NCBI GenBank assembly: GCA_030649945.1
Contig: JAUSFE010000050.1
Coordinates: 1,859-65,858, forward strand
Reading direction: 5' to 3'
DNA: 64,000 bases
Source of the DNA: Dehalococcoidia bacterium
GTDB taxonomy: Bacteria; Chloroflexota; Dehalococcoidia; SM23-28-2; RBG-16-64-32
Below are positions 30,821 to 41,131 of this stretch, one piece after another. Each line of letters begins with the position of its first letter. The stretch's first letter is position 1. The translations under genes and the position numbers were made by a program. Below the pieces are notes generated by a model. That model worked only from the letters and a program-made list of their open reading frames with translations. It searched no databases and had not been told where the DNA came from.

Positions 30821-31121
30821 TGGCTAACATCAGTCCTAGAGGGAAGGGATTGATAACAAACGCAAGGAGCCAGCGGCAGTCCAGGACAGAACCGTTCAAG
30901 CAGGCTTCTGGCGCGCCACACAGCAGACTCGCGGGGGGAGAGCACCCCCAAGCTCTCCCGATGAGACCCGGTAGCTCCGGCGGTGGTGCGAGCCACCGCC
31001 GGAGCTCGTTCCGGTCAGCCACAGCAGGGGAAAGTGATGGCACGCGCCTGGCGAAGCTGATCCGCCGGCGCATCCTGATCTTATTGCCGGCGCAGCATGT
31101 GCGCACAGAAGGAGAGCTGCA

Positions 31122-31853
31122 ATGACCCGCACAGCCGTGGCCACGCGTGGTCCAGCCACAAGCGACGCCGTGTACTCCGTGGCGGTAGACGAAGCGCTGG
31201 AGCACTTATTCGGCCTGGCGGACACAGCTACCACGGAGCTGGTGCTGGTCCGTCACGCAGAGCCAGACCACAACCGCGCGCTGAGGGCTGGGGGCGCGTT
31301 CGATCCAGCGCTGAGCGAACGCGGGCGCTGCCAGGCGATGCGGCTGGCGATGCGCCTGCGGCCCGCTGACATAGCCGCCATCTACACTTCCACCGCCCGC
31401 GCCGCAGTGGAGACCGCGGCGGTGGTAGCCGCGGCGAAAGACATGCCCATGATCCGGGCGCCGCAGCTACGAGACCCGGCTGTGCATGGCTGCGCTGCAA
31501 GAGCAAAGGAGAGCGACCCTCAGAGGCTGGTGGCGGAGGCGACCGTGCGGTTCCTCAACCGGCCGCGCTGGGACGCCCTGCCGGGGCTGGAGCGCTCCAA
31601 GCAGTTCCGGCACCGCGTGGTGCAGGCACTGGAAGGCGTAGTCTCGCATCACTCCGGGAAGACGGTGGTTGTGGTCACGCACCAGGGCGTGATCAACGCG
31701 TATCTGAGCATGATTCTGGACATCCCGCGCGACGTGTTCTTCCTGCCTGACTACACTTCACTTTCGGTCGTACGGATCCTGTCGGACCGGTACGGAGTGC
31801 GGCATTTGAATGATACGGCCCACCTGCTCCCCGCAGGCAACCCGCGCGGATGA
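31122..31853 (+). CDS. histidine phosphatase (phosphoglycerate mutase superfamily; PhoE-like broad-specificity phosphatase candidate)
   Basis: RHG-type catalytic motif LVLVRHAEPDHN; C-terminal H in VVVTHQGVI; 243 aa. Confidence 0.75.
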   Translation: MTRTAVATRGPATSDAVYSVAVDEALEHLFGLADTATTELVLVRHAEPDHNRALRAGGAFDPALSERGRCQAMRLAMRLRPADIAAIYTSTARAAVETAAVVAAAKDMPMIRAPQLRDPAVHGCAARAKESDPQRLVAEATVRFLNRPRWDALPGLERSKQFRHRVVQALEGVVSHHSGKTVVVVTHQGVINAYLSMILDIPRDVFFLPDYTSLSVVRILSDRYGVRHLNDTAHLLPAGNPRG

Positions 31854-31879
31854 GAGCCGTGAGGTAAGGAGAGACAAAG

Positions 31880-32128
31880 TTGGATGAGGTCCTGGCTGCC
31901 ACGGACGAAGCCAGTCTGCGAGCGCAATACCTGATCTGCCAGCGGCTGGTGAGAGCGTGCCGCCACGCGATGTACGAAATAGCGCTGGATGAGGACGACG
32001 ACCAGAACGTCAGACGACTCGCCATCCAGGCGATGAAGGGCATTCTGGACGACTGGGCAGAAGCGCAGAAGAGCCTGCGGCGGGAGATGGAATCGCGGCA
32101 GATTTTACGGTCCGTTAACGCTGGTTAA
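31880..32128 (+). CDS. hypothetical small protein (82 aa)
   Basis: ORF with moderate GC located between the phosphatase gene and the third PHO-box copy; no recognisable motif. Confidence 0.35.
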   Translation: MDEVLAATDEASLRAQYLICQRLVRACRHAMYEIALDEDDDQNVRRLAIQAMKGILDDWAEAQKSLRREMESRQILRSVNAG

Positions 32129-32140
32129 CACAACGCTGAG
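32103..32140. promoter_or_regulatory. third copy of the candidate PHO box (TTTACGGTCCGTTAACGCTGGTTAACACAACGC) immediately upstream of pstS
   Basis: GTTAAC direct repeats with 11-bp phasing, 40-80 bp upstream of the pstS ATG at 32182. Confidence 0.45.
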
Positions 32141-32181
32141 GTTCGCGGGCTAAGATGCGGTTCAAGAAAGGGGGCAGATTG

Positions 32182-33180
32182 ATGAAATTCTTGCGCCGGA
32201 TGCGTTCGGCGATTTCTGAGTCCAGGTTGGTCCTGCTGCTGGTTGTGGCCGTCGCAGCCATGGCTGTGTTCGTGGCGTGCGGGGATGACGACAGCACCAG
32301 CGCTACCAAGACGCCGGGCGGCGCGCCCACGCAGACACCGGGGCCGCAACTCTCCGGAAGCATCAACGGCGACGGATCAAGCACCGTCTTTCCGATCTCC
32401 GAGGCCGTGGCCGAGGAGTTCCGCAAGGTGCAGCCCGGCGTGGACGTGGTGGTGGGCATCGCCGGCACCGGCGGCGGCTTCAAGAAGATCTGCAACGGCG
32501 AGACGGACTTCAACGACGCCTCACGGCCGGTGAAGGACGCGGAGACGCAGGCGTGCGCGGCCAAGAACATCGAACTCGTCGAGTTCCAGGTCGCGTTCGA
32601 CGGGCTGTCCGTCCTCGTCAACCCGGCCAACGACTTCGCCGAGTGCCTGACGGTAGCCGAACTGAAGAGCATCTGGCAGCCGGGCAGCACGATCAAGAAC
32701 TGGAAGGACGTGCGGGCGGGATTCCCGGACATGCCGCTCACCCTCTACGGACCGGACACGGACTCCGGGACCTTCGACTACTTCACGGAGGTGATCAACG
32801 GCGAGGCGAAGGCGAGCCGCCCGGACTACACGGCCAGCGCCGACGACAACACGCTGGTGCAGGGCATCGCCGGCGACGATAATGCCCTGGGATACTTCGG
32901 GTTCGCCTACTACGAGGAGAACCAGGATAAGCTAAAGCTGTTGGGCGTGGATGCGGGCAGCGGCTGCGTGCAGCCCTCCCGCGAGACGATCCTGGACGAG
33001 TCCTACGCCCCGCTATCCCGGCCGCTTTTCGTCTACGTGCGCGGGGATGCGCTGGAGCGTCCCGAAGTGAAGGCGTTCATGCGCTTTTACCTGGAGAACG
33101 GCAAGCAGCTGGTGGGCGAGGTGGGGTACGTGGAAGCGCCGGACTCCGTCTATCAGCAGGAGTTGGCGAAACTGAAATAG
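32182..33180 (+). CDS. pstS: phosphate ABC transporter substrate-binding lipoprotein PstS
   Basis: Lipobox VFVACG. PBP fold motifs [38 protein letters not shown]. Confidence 0.9.
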   Translation: MKFLRRMRSAISESRLVLLLVVAVAAMAVFVACGDDDSTSATKTPGGAPTQTPGPQLSGSINGDGSSTVFPISEAVAEEFRKVQPGVDVVVGIAGTGGGFKKICNGETDFNDASRPVKDAETQACAAKNIELVEFQVAFDGLSVLVNPANDFAECLTVAELKSIWQPGSTIKNWKDVRAGFPDMPLTLYGPDTDSGTFDYFTEVINGEAKASRPDYTASADDNTLVQGIAGDDNALGYFGFAYYEENQDKLKLLGVDAGSGCVQPSRETILDESYAPLSRPLFVYVRGDALERPEVKAFMRFYLENGKQLVGEVGYVEAPDSVYQQELAKLK

Positions 33181-33259
33181 GCAAACTACTTCGAGCCTCT
33201 GTCTTGGCCAAGCATCCCTGAGCGCCCGGGGATGCTTGGCCCTTTTCCGGAGAAAAGGG

Positions 33260-34216
33260 GTGACCAAGGTGGCACTGGGCGAGACCGAACTGGCGCGGCG
33301 CTCCCGGGTGAGGCCGCGGGGGCCCCTGGAGGCGCGTCTGCGGCGAGGCCGCGAGGCTGTGATCCATGGGGTGCTCTTCCTCTGCGCCTTCGTGTCCATC
33401 CTGACGACGGCCGGCATCATCGCCACGCTGCTGGAGGAGACGATCGGCTTCTTTGGCCAGGTCTCCATCTGGGATTACCTGACGGGGACCAGGTGGACGC
33501 CCCTTTTCAGCCCCGCCAGCTTCGGCATCCTGCCGCTCCTGGCCGGGACGCTGCTGGTGGCGGCGTTCGCGGCGCTATTCGCGGTGCCCATCGGCCTGCT
33601 CACCGCCGTCTTCCTGAGCGAATACGCCCCTTCCTGGCTGCGCAGCATCGCCAAGCCGCTCCTGGAAATGCTGGCCGGCATCCCCACCGTGGTGCTGGGC
33701 TTCTTTGCCCTCACGTTCATCTCGCCGGAGATCATCCGTCCGTTCTCGAATGCCAGCGTCTTCAACGCGCTGGCGGCGGCGATCGCCGTTGGGATCATGA
33801 TCATCCCCCTGATCTCATCGCTGAGCGAGGACGCGATGAGCGCGGTCCCCCAGAGCCTGCGAGAGGGCGCCTACGCCCTGGGGGCGACGAAGTACGAGGT
33901 CGCGCGGCGGGTCGTCATCCCGGCCGCCCTTTCGGGCATCGTCGCCTCGTTTATCCTGGCGATCTCGCGCGCGTTAGGGGAGACGATGATCGTCGTGCTG
34001 GCGGCAGGCGGCACGCCGAACCTGACGTGGAACCCGCTGGAGGCCGTGCAAACGATGACGGCCTACATCGTGCAGGTGAGCCTGGGCGATACACCGCAGG
34101 GCAGCCTGGAGTTCCAGACGATCTTCGCGGTGGGGATGACGCTGTTCGTGATGACGCTGGCGCTGAACGTGGTCAGTCAGTACCTGCTGCAGAAGTTCCG
34201 GGAGGTGTACGAATGA
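33260..34216 (+). CDS. pstC: phosphate ABC transporter permease PstC
   Basis: Six TM helices; EAA-like loop; start approximate (GTG after RBS GGAGAAAAGGGG; the ORF-track ATG at 33236 is also possible). Confidence 0.8.
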   Translation: MTKVALGETELARRSRVRPRGPLEARLRRGREAVIHGVLFLCAFVSILTTAGIIATLLEETIGFFGQVSIWDYLTGTRWTPLFSPASFGILPLLAGTLLVAAFAALFAVPIGLLTAVFLSEYAPSWLRSIAKPLLEMLAGIPTVVLGFFALTFISPEIIRPFSNASVFNALAAAIAVGIMIIPLISSLSEDAMSAVPQSLREGAYALGATKYEVARRVVIPAALSGIVASFILAISRALGETMIVVLAAGGTPNLTWNPLEAVQTMTAYIVQVSLGDTPQGSLEFQTIFAVGMTLFVMTLALNVVSQYLLQKFREVYE

Positions 34217-35094
34217 CCGTCTCGCAGGCGCATTTCCGCAGGCGCCTGCTCCTGCGCAGGGCTGCCGGCATCGCCTTTGCGGCGCTCTGCGTGGCCGCCA
34301 CCGCGGCGGCCATCGCTGCCCTGGGCGTGCTGCTGGTGCAGGTCGCCGCGAAGGGCATCGACAGGGTCGGCTGGGACTTCCTCAACGCCTTCCCCTCCCG
34401 GAAGCCGGAGGAGGCGGGGATCAAGGCGGCGCTCTGGGGGACGATCTGGCTGATGGGGCTGACGGCGGCGTTCGCCGTGCCGCTGGGGCTGGGCGCCGCG
34501 ATCTACCTTGAGGAGTACGCGCCCCGCAACTGGCTGACGCGGGTGATCCAGGTCAACATCGCCAACCTGGCCGGCGTGCCTTCGATCGTCTACGGGTTGC
34601 TGGGGCTGGCGCTCTTCGTGCGGGCGCTGGAGCTGGAGCGCAGCGTCCTGGCCGGGTCGCTGACGATGGCGCTGCTCGTGTTGCCGATCGTCATCATCGC
34701 CTCCCAGGAGGCGCTGCGGGCCGTGCCGAACTCCATCCGCGAGGCGGGGTGGGCGCTGGGCGCCACGCGGTCGCAGGTGGTGTTCAGACAGGTGGTGCCG
34801 GCGGCGCTGCCCGGGATCATGACGGGCATCATCCTGGCGCTTTCGCGCGCGATCGGGGAGACGGCGCCGCTGATCATGATCGGCGCGCTGCTGTTCGTCC
34901 CGTTCACGCCCAGCGGCCCCATGGACAGGTTCACGGTCCTTCCCATCCAGATCTTCAACTGGGCGTCCCGGCCGCAGAAGGAGTTCCAGGTGGACGCGGC
35001 GGCCGGGATCATCGTGCTGTTGGCCGTGCTGCTGGCGATGAACTCGGTCGCTATCGTCCTGCGCAACCGTTTCCAGGCGGGCGGCCGGAGGTAG
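34213..35094 (+). CDS. pstA: phosphate ABC transporter permease PstA
   Basis: ATG overlaps the pstC stop (ATGA); permease with motif [27 protein letters not shown]. Confidence 0.85.
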   Translation: MTVSQAHFRRRLLLRRAAGIAFAALCVAATAAAIAALGVLLVQVAAKGIDRVGWDFLNAFPSRKPEEAGIKAALWGTIWLMGLTAAFAVPLGLGAAIYLEEYAPRNWLTRVIQVNIANLAGVPSIVYGLLGLALFVRALELERSVLAGSLTMALLVLPIVIIASQEALRAVPNSIREAGWALGATRSQVVFRQVVPAALPGIMTGIILALSRAIGETAPLIMIGALLFVPFTPSGPMDRFTVLPIQIFNWASRPQKEFQVDAAAGIIVLLAVLLAMNSVAIVLRNRFQAGGRR

Positions 35095-35097
35095 ATA

Positions 35098-35985
35098 ATG
35101 ATCCGCGAGCGTCTAGAGGACATTCTGCGAGAGAGAGCGAGGCTACAGACGGGCGATCCTCAAATGGAAGCGGCGGAAGCGGCGCCCCCAGCAGCGGCGG
35201 CGCCCCCGGCGGCTGAAGATCCGGGCGCCGCCCTCCGCACCGAGGGGCTGGCGGTGTACTACGGTCACTTCCAGGCGCTGCGTGACGTGTCGCTGCAGGT
35301 GCCCGGCAACCGGGTGACGGCGATCATCGGCGCCTCCGGTTGCGGCAAGAGCACGCTGCTGCGCTGCTTCAACCGCATGAACGATGCGATCCCGGGCTTC
35401 CGCCTCCAGGGCGCCGTGCTGTTCAAGGGCCAGGACATCTACGAACGCGGCGTGGACGTGGTGGACGTGCGCCGGCGCATCGGGATGGTGTTCCAGAAGC
35501 CGAACCCGTTCCCGAAGTCGATCTACGAGAACGTGGCGTTCGGGCCGCGCATCAACGGGTACGAGGGGCGTCTGGACGAGATAGTGGAGCGGGCGCTGCG
35601 CCACGCCGCCCTCTGGGAAGAGGTGAAGGGCAAGCTGCGGCAGGGCGCGCTGACCCTGTCAGGCGGCCAGCAGCAGCGCCTGTGCATCGCGCGGGCGCTG
35701 GCGGTGGAGCCGGAGGTGATCCTGATGGACGAGCCGTGCTCTGCGCTGGACCCGGTGGCCACGCTCAAGATCGAGGACTTGATGCGGGAGCTGGCGAAGG
35801 AGTATACGATCGTCATCGTCACGCACAATATGCAGCAGGCGGCGCGCGTCTCGGACTGGACGGCGGTGATGATGATGGCGGAGGACCGGGCGGGCGAGAT
35901 GGTAGAGTTCGCGGATACCAGGAGCATCTTCACCAACCCTCGTGACAAGCGGACGGAGGACTACATCACCGGCCGCTTCGGCTAG
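35098..35985 (+). CDS. pstB: phosphate ABC transporter ATP-binding protein PstB
   Basis: Walker [10 protein letters not shown]; signature [15 protein letters not shown]; Walker [12 protein letters not shown]. Confidence 0.9.
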   Translation: MIRERLEDILRERARLQTGDPQMEAAEAAPPAAAAPPAAEDPGAALRTEGLAVYYGHFQALRDVSLQVPGNRVTAIIGASGCGKSTLLRCFNRMNDAIPGFRLQGAVLFKGQDIYERGVDVVDVRRRIGMVFQKPNPFPKSIYENVAFGPRINGYEGRLDEIVERALRHAALWEEVKGKLRQGALTLSGGQQQRLCIARALAVEPEVILMDEPCSALDPVATLKIEDLMRELAKEYTIVIVTHNMQQAARVSDWTAVMMMAEDRAGEMVEFADTRSIFTNPRDKRTEDYITGRFG

Positions 35986-35996
35986 GAGACGGGCCA

Positions 35997-36662
35997 ATGA
36001 CACGCACAGCTTTCGAGCACCAGCTGGAGGAGATCCAGGAGGACATGCTGACCATGGCCGGCCTGGTGGAGCTGGCCATTGAGCGCGGCATTGAGGCGCT
36101 GAAGACCCGCAACGCGGACCTGGCGCGGCAGATCATCGCCGACGACCTGACGATCAACCGGATGCGATACGAGACGGAAGACAAGTGCCTGGAGCTGATC
36201 GCCACCCAGCAGCCGCTGGCCAGCGACCTGCGCACGATAGTCTCCGTCCTGCACATCACGGTCGATCTCGAGCGCATGGGCGACCACGCCGAGGGCATCG
36301 CCAAGATCGCCATCATGCTGGCGGACGAGGCGCCGCTCAAGCCGTACATCGATATCCCGCGCATGGCCGAGATCGGAATGCGGATGCTGATGGACAGCCT
36401 GGAGGCGTTCAAGCAGCGCGATACGGCGCTGGCGCGCGCCGTCTGCAACCGGGACGACGAGGTGGACGCGCTGTACGAGCAGGTCTACCAGAAGCTGCTT
36501 GGGTTCATGATCCAGGACCCGCAGACGATCCAGCGGGCCACGTACCTGATGTGGGTGGCGCACAACCTGGAGCGCATCGCGGACAGGGTCACGAACATCT
36601 GCGAGCGCGTGGTCTATCTGGTGGACGGGCACATCGAAGAGATGAACGTCTCGAAGTACTGA
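35997..36662 (+). CDS. phoU: phosphate signalling complex protein PhoU
   Basis: 221 aa; two PhoU repeats (DxxxD...ERxxDH pattern: LERMGDHAEGIAK, LERIADRVTNICE). Confidence 0.9.
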   Translation: MTRTAFEHQLEEIQEDMLTMAGLVELAIERGIEALKTRNADLARQIIADDLTINRMRYETEDKCLELIATQQPLASDLRTIVSVLHITVDLERMGDHAEGIAKIAIMLADEAPLKPYIDIPRMAEIGMRMLMDSLEAFKQRDTALARAVCNRDDEVDALYEQVYQKLLGFMIQDPQTIQRATYLMWVAHNLERIADRVTNICERVVYLVDGHIEEMNVSKY

Positions 36663-36875
36663 CGGCGCGCGGCAGGGAACTGGGAGTCAGGAGCTGGGAA
36701 CTAGGAGCCGCCCCGCCCGCGCACGCCGTCACGCGCAGAACGCCGTAGGGGCGCACGGCGTTCGCCCCTACGTTTGCGTTGGGCCGTCGCCTGCCGCGTA
36801 AGGCCGGGCGGTTGACAGCGAGTGGGCCGGCGGTATGCTTGTAACGCGTCCCGCTTCGGCGCATGGAGGGCCACC

Positions 36876-38243
36876 GTGGAACAACAGATCCGCTTCTGCA
36901 CAACAACTGACGGCGTGCGCATCGCCTACGGCACCGTGGGCCAGGGGCCGCCGCTGATCCGCGTGCTGGGCTGGTTCACTCACCTGGAGTTCGAGTGGGA
37001 GAACCCCCGCTGGCGCCGTCTTTACGAAGGCATGGCGGACCGCTTCACCTACATCCGCTACGACGGAAGGGGGATGGGTCTTTCCGACAGGGACGTGACC
37101 GACTTCTCGTCGGATGCCTTCGTGCATGATCTGGAAGCGGTAGTCGATGCCACGGGTTTTGAGAGGGTCGCGCTCTACGGCATCTCTCAGGGAGGTCCTA
37201 CGGCCATCCTCTACGCTCTGCGCCACCCGGAGCGCGTCAGCCACCTCATAATCTACGGCTCCGCCGTTCGGTCTACCTGGCCTGAAGAGCAACAGGAGAT
37301 GATGCTGTCCCTAATCCGCCAAGGCTGGGGCAGCGACGTCCCTGCTCACCGTCAGTTCTTCACTGGCCTGTTCATGCCTGACGGTGATATGGAGGCGATT
37401 CAGGCGTTCAACGAGATGCAGCGGGTGTCGGCCTCGGCCGAGAACGTTGCGGCGATGCTCACGCCGCCGCCGGAACTCCCTCCATTCGATCTTAGAGAAT
37501 TGCTGCCTCAAGTCGCTGTGCCAACCCTCGTGATCCACCGGCGCGGCGACGCCATCGTCCCCTTCGAGGCAGGACGCGAGATCGCCGCCGGCATTCCCGG
37601 CGCCCGTTTCCTCCCTCTGGAGGGTAGGAACCACGCCGCCCTTGCCGACGCGGATCAGCCGGTCATGGAGATTATGGCCAAGGCCATCGCCGACTTCGTG
37701 GGCGAAGGCCAGCAGGCCGTCACCGCGGACACGCCCTCCGGGATGGTCACCATCCTCTTCACGGACATGGAGGGCTCTACCACCCTCACTCAGCGGCTGG
37801 GGGACGCCAGGGCGCAGGAGGTGCTGCGCGCCCACAACACCATCGTCCGCGAGGCGCTGAAGGCGCACGGGGGCAGCGAAATCAAGCACACCGGCGACGG
37901 CGTCATGGCCTCGTTCCCAACGGCCTCCGGCGCGCTGGAGTGCGCCATCGCCGTGCAGCTGGCCTTCGCCGCGCACAACGAGTCGGCCGAGACGCCCGTC
38001 CGCGTGCGCATCGGCCTGAACGCGGGCGAGCCGGTGGCGGAGGAAGAGGACCTGTTCGGCACGGCCGTGCAGCTAGCCGCCCGTGTATGCGCCCAGGCTG
38101 AGCCGGGCCGGATCCTGGTGCCGGACGGCGTGCGTCACCTGGTGGCCGGCAAGGGGTTCCTGTTCTCGGACCAGGGCGACGTCGTCCTGCGGGGCTTCGA
38201 GGACCCCGTGCGGCTCTACGAGGTGCGCTGGGAGGAGGCCTAG
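36876..38243 (+). CDS. alpha/beta-hydrolase domain fused to class III adenylyl/guanylyl cyclase catalytic domain (LipJ/Rv1900c-like), copy A
   Basis: GTG start with RBS GGAGGG. Hydrolase nucleophile elbow GISQGG. CHD motifs FTDMEGST (metal Asp), EIKHTGDG (Lys + Asp), GLNAGEP (Asn), and R in GRILV. Confidence 0.8.
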   Translation: MEQQIRFCTTTDGVRIAYGTVGQGPPLIRVLGWFTHLEFEWENPRWRRLYEGMADRFTYIRYDGRGMGLSDRDVTDFSSDAFVHDLEAVVDATGFERVALYGISQGGPTAILYALRHPERVSHLIIYGSAVRSTWPEEQQEMMLSLIRQGWGSDVPAHRQFFTGLFMPDGDMEAIQAFNEMQRVSASAENVAAMLTPPPELPPFDLRELLPQVAVPTLVIHRRGDAIVPFEAGREIAAGIPGARFLPLEGRNHAALADADQPVMEIMAKAIADFVGEGQQAVTADTPSGMVTILFTDMEGSTTLTQRLGDARAQEVLRAHNTIVREALKAHGGSEIKHTGDGVMASFPTASGALECAIAVQLAFAAHNESAETPVRVRIGLNAGEPVAEEEDLFGTAVQLAARVCAQAEPGRILVPDGVRHLVAGKGFLFSDQGDVVLRGFEDPVRLYEVRWEEA

Positions 38244-38245
38244 CC

Positions 38246-39592
38246 ATGGAACAACAGATCCGCTTCTGCACAACCTCCGACGGGGTGCGCATCGCCTACG
38301 CCACTGCAGGCCAGGGCCCGCCGCTGGTGCTGATCACCGCTTGGGTGGGTCACCTTCAGTTCGAATGGAGCCACGCCGAGACCAAGGCGTTCTACGAAGG
38401 CTTGGCGAACGGGCGGCTACTCGTTCGCTTTGACAAGCGTGGCACCGGCCTAAGCGACAGGCAGGCAGAAGACTTCTCCGTAGAGGCGCGCCTGCGCGAT
38501 CTGGAGGCGGTGGTCGATGCCCTGCGCCTGAAACGCTTTGCCCTCATGGGCTTTTCCGAGAGCGGGCCCACGGCCATAATCTACGCAGCCCGCCATCCTG
38601 AGCGGGTGACGAACCTCGTCATCTATGGCTCCTACCACCGCTGGCCGTACCCTGCAGGGGCCGCCAATCCCGTCATGGCCCTGATCCGCTCGCAGTGGGG
38701 CATGGGATCAGCGGCGCTCTCTGCCATCTTCGTTCCCTCCGGCGATCCCGCCCAGGTAGCGTGGTGGACGGAGTTGCAGCGGGTCTCGGCCTCGCCAGAG
38801 AGTGCTGCCTCTATCTTCGAAGTGAACACCGGGCTTGATGTGACCTCCGTTCTCAGTGACATCCGGGCCCCGGCCCTCGTCATTCACCGGAACAACGATA
38901 CTGTCTGCCCCTTCGATGTCGCTCGCGAGATGGCTGCCCTCATCCCGGCTGCCCGTTTCGAGCCCCTGGAAGGCGATATCCATCCCCCCATGTTCGGCGA
39001 CACTGCCGCCGTCCTCAACGCCGTAGATTCCCTGCTGCCCAGCGGCGCGCGCCGCAGGCAGGCCGTCACCGCGGGCACGCCCTCCGGCCTCGTCACCATT
39101 CTCTACACCGACATGGAGGGCTCTACCCCCCTGACCCAGCGACTGGGCGACGCCAAAGCGCAGGAGGTGCTGCGCGCGCACAACACCATCGTCCGCGAGG
39201 CCCTCAAGGCGCACGGCGGGTCCGAGATCAAGCACACCGGCGACGGCGTCATGGCCTCCTTCCCAACGGCCTCCGGCGCGCTGGAGTGCGCCATCGCCGT
39301 GCAGCAGGGCTTCGCCGCGCACAACGAGTCGGCTGAGACGCCCGTCCGCGTGCGCATCGGCCTGAACGCGGGCGAGCCGGTGGCGGAGGAAGAGGACCTG
39401 TTCGGCACGGCCGTGCAGCTGGCGGCGCGCGTCTGCGCCAGGGCGGAGCCGGGGCAGGTCCTGGCCTCGAACGTGGTGCGTGAGCTGGCCGCCGGCAAGG
39501 GGTTCCTGTTCTCCGACCAGGGCGACGTGGTCCTGCGCGGCTTCGAGGATCCCGTGCGGCTGTACGAGGTGCGCTGGCAAGCGGCGGGCTGA
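38246..39592 (+). CDS. alpha/beta-hydrolase + class III cyclase fusion, copy B
   Basis: Starts 2 nt after the copy A stop. Hydrolase elbow GFSESG. The CHD region is about 95% identical to copy A (LYTDMEGSTPLTQRLGDAKAQEVLRAHNTIVREALKAHGGSEIKHTGDGVMASF...). Confidence 0.8.
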   Translation: MEQQIRFCTTSDGVRIAYATAGQGPPLVLITAWVGHLQFEWSHAETKAFYEGLANGRLLVRFDKRGTGLSDRQAEDFSVEARLRDLEAVVDALRLKRFALMGFSESGPTAIIYAARHPERVTNLVIYGSYHRWPYPAGAANPVMALIRSQWGMGSAALSAIFVPSGDPAQVAWWTELQRVSASPESAASIFEVNTGLDVTSVLSDIRAPALVIHRNNDTVCPFDVAREMAALIPAARFEPLEGDIHPPMFGDTAAVLNAVDSLLPSGARRRQAVTAGTPSGLVTILYTDMEGSTPLTQRLGDAKAQEVLRAHNTIVREALKAHGGSEIKHTGDGVMASFPTASGALECAIAVQQGFAAHNESAETPVRVRIGLNAGEPVAEEEDLFGTAVQLAARVCARAEPGQVLASNVVRELAAGKGFLFSDQGDVVLRGFEDPVRLYEVRWQAAG

Positions 39593-41028
39593 TGGACGCG
39601 CCGCCCATCCAGTACGCGAAGACCGCCGACGGCGTCAGCATCGCCTTCTGGACGCTCGGCGAAGGCCCCCCGCTCGTGATCCTGCCCAACCTGACCGCCA
39701 GTCACGTGCAGGTGGAGTGGGAGTGGGACGTCCGCCGGATCGCCTACCAGCGGCTGGCGCAGCACGCCACGGTCATCCGCTACGATTGTCGCGGCCTGGG
39801 GCTGTCTCAGCGCGATTGCCCCGACTTCTCCGCCGAGGCAGGGGGCCTCGACCTGGAGGCCGTCGTTGACCGCCTCGGCCTGGAGCGCTTCGCCATCTAC
39901 GGCTCCGACTCCACGGGCGACGTAACTTTCGCCTTCCCCGCCGGCCATCCGGAGCGGGTGAGTCACTTGATCATCGGCGTGCCGCATATCCAGCGCGGCT
40001 TCCGCCGCCGCCTGGCCGCCGTTCAGCCGCTCATTGATCAGGACTGGGAGCTGTTCATCGAAATCTTTCCGCGGCTCGCGGGGGGTTGGGACAGCCCCCA
40101 GGCGGCCCAGGTGCCGGCTGTGATGATGGGTACGCACACGCCCTCTAGCTTCCGCTCGGCTCTCGACGCGATGGCCGCCTTCTCGCCGGAGCCCTACCTG
40201 GCGGCTATTCAGGCGCCGTCGTTGATCATGCACCCGCTGCAGAGCGGCCGGGACAACCGGACAGCGCGAGTGCTGGCGGGCGCTATCGCCGGCGCTCACA
40301 TGGTAGGAATCCCGGGCTGGCCGCTCGCCTCAACACTCAACGAGACGGCCGTTGCGGCCATCCTGGACTTCATCAATACCGCGCCGGCCGCGCCGGGCCA
40401 CGCGATCCCCGCGCCGCAGATAGACATCAGCGCCGTCCGCACCATCGTCTTCACCGATGTCGAAGGCTCCACGGCGCTCAATGAGCGGCTCGGCGACGAG
40501 GGCGCCCGGGAGGTCCTGCGCGAGCACGAGCGACTGACGCGCGAGGCGCTCGCGTCGCACGGCGGCTCCGAGGTGAAGGCGATGGGCGACGGCTTCATGG
40601 CCTGGTTCCCATCGGCGACGCGCGCTGTGGAGTGCGCCATCGCCTTACAGCAAGCGTTTGACGAACGTAATCGGAAGGTAGGGGCGCAGCAACATGAGCC
40701 AAGTAGGAAGGATATCGAATCGTCTTCCGATGTTGCTGCGCCCCTACGCACCGCCTCCCGGCCACGCCTCGACACGCCCGAACCGATCCGCGTCCGTATC
40801 GGCATCAACGCCGGGGAGCCAATTGCCGAAGGAGACGACCTCTTCGGCGCATCGGTGATCACGAGCGCCCGCATCACCGCGCAGGCGAAGGGCGGCCAGA
40901 TCCTGGCTTCGGACGTGGTGCGCCAGCTCCTCGCCGGCAAGGGGTTCCTCTTCTCCGACCAGGGCGACGTCGTCCTGCGCGGCTTCGAGGACCCCGTGCG
41001 CCTGTACGAGGTGCGCTGGCGCCAGTAG
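39592..41028 (+). CDS. alpha/beta-hydrolase + class III cyclase fusion, copy C (carries an in-frame REP-element insertion in the CHD)
   Basis: ATG overlaps the copy B stop (TGATG). CHD motifs FTDVEGST, EVKAMGDGFMAWF, GINAGEP. The hydrolase GxSxG motif is degenerate (YGSDSTG). Extra 30 aa (KVGAQQHEPSRKDIESSSDVAAPLRTASRPRLDTPEP) relative to A/B/D. Confidence 0.8.
   Translation: MDAPPIQYAKTADGVSIAFWTLGEGPPLVILPNLTASHVQVEWEWDVRRIAYQRLAQHATVIRYDCRGLGLSQRDCPDFSAEAGGLDLEAVVDRLGLERFAIYGSDSTGDVTFAFPAGHPERVSHLIIGVPHIQRGFRRRLAAVQPLIDQDWELFIEIFPRLAGGWDSPQAAQVPAVMMGTHTPSSFRSALDAMAAFSPEPYLAAIQAPSLIMHPLQSGRDNRTARVLAGAIAGAHMVGIPGWPLASTLNETAVAAILDFINTAPAAPGHAIPAPQIDISAVRTIVFTDVEGSTALNERLGDEGAREVLREHERLTREALASHGGSEVKAMGDGFMAWFPSATRAVECAIALQQAFDERNRKVGAQQHEPSRKDIESSSDVAAPLRTASRPRLDTPEPIRVRIGINAGEPIAEGDDLFGASVITSARITAQAKGGQILASDVVRQLLAGKGFLFSDQGDVVLRGFEDPVRLYEVRWRQ
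40683..40752. mobile_element. REP-like palindromic element (GTAGGGGCGCAGCA...TGCTGCGCCCCTAC, long loop) inserted in-frame inside cyclase copy C
   Basis: Same palindrome arms as the intergenic REP copies at 19843, 22568, 43255 etc. Replaces the short ESAETP linker present in copies A and B. Confidence 0.7.
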
Positions 41029-41131
41029 GGGCGAACCGCCGTTCGCCCCTACGTTTGCCTTGCGTCTTCGCCTGCCTCCACCGCACCCGGCCGGTAGCCG
41101 CGCGGCATTTGACACGGTTGCGACCAGGAGT

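Noticed and set aside
30138-32140. Integron attC sites flanking mgsA (GTTAAC resembles the GTTRRRY core)
   Set aside because: No intI gene nearby. Repeats are direct with 10-11-bp phasing rather than the imperfect-palindrome attC architecture. Context (phoB/phoR, pstS) favours PHO boxes
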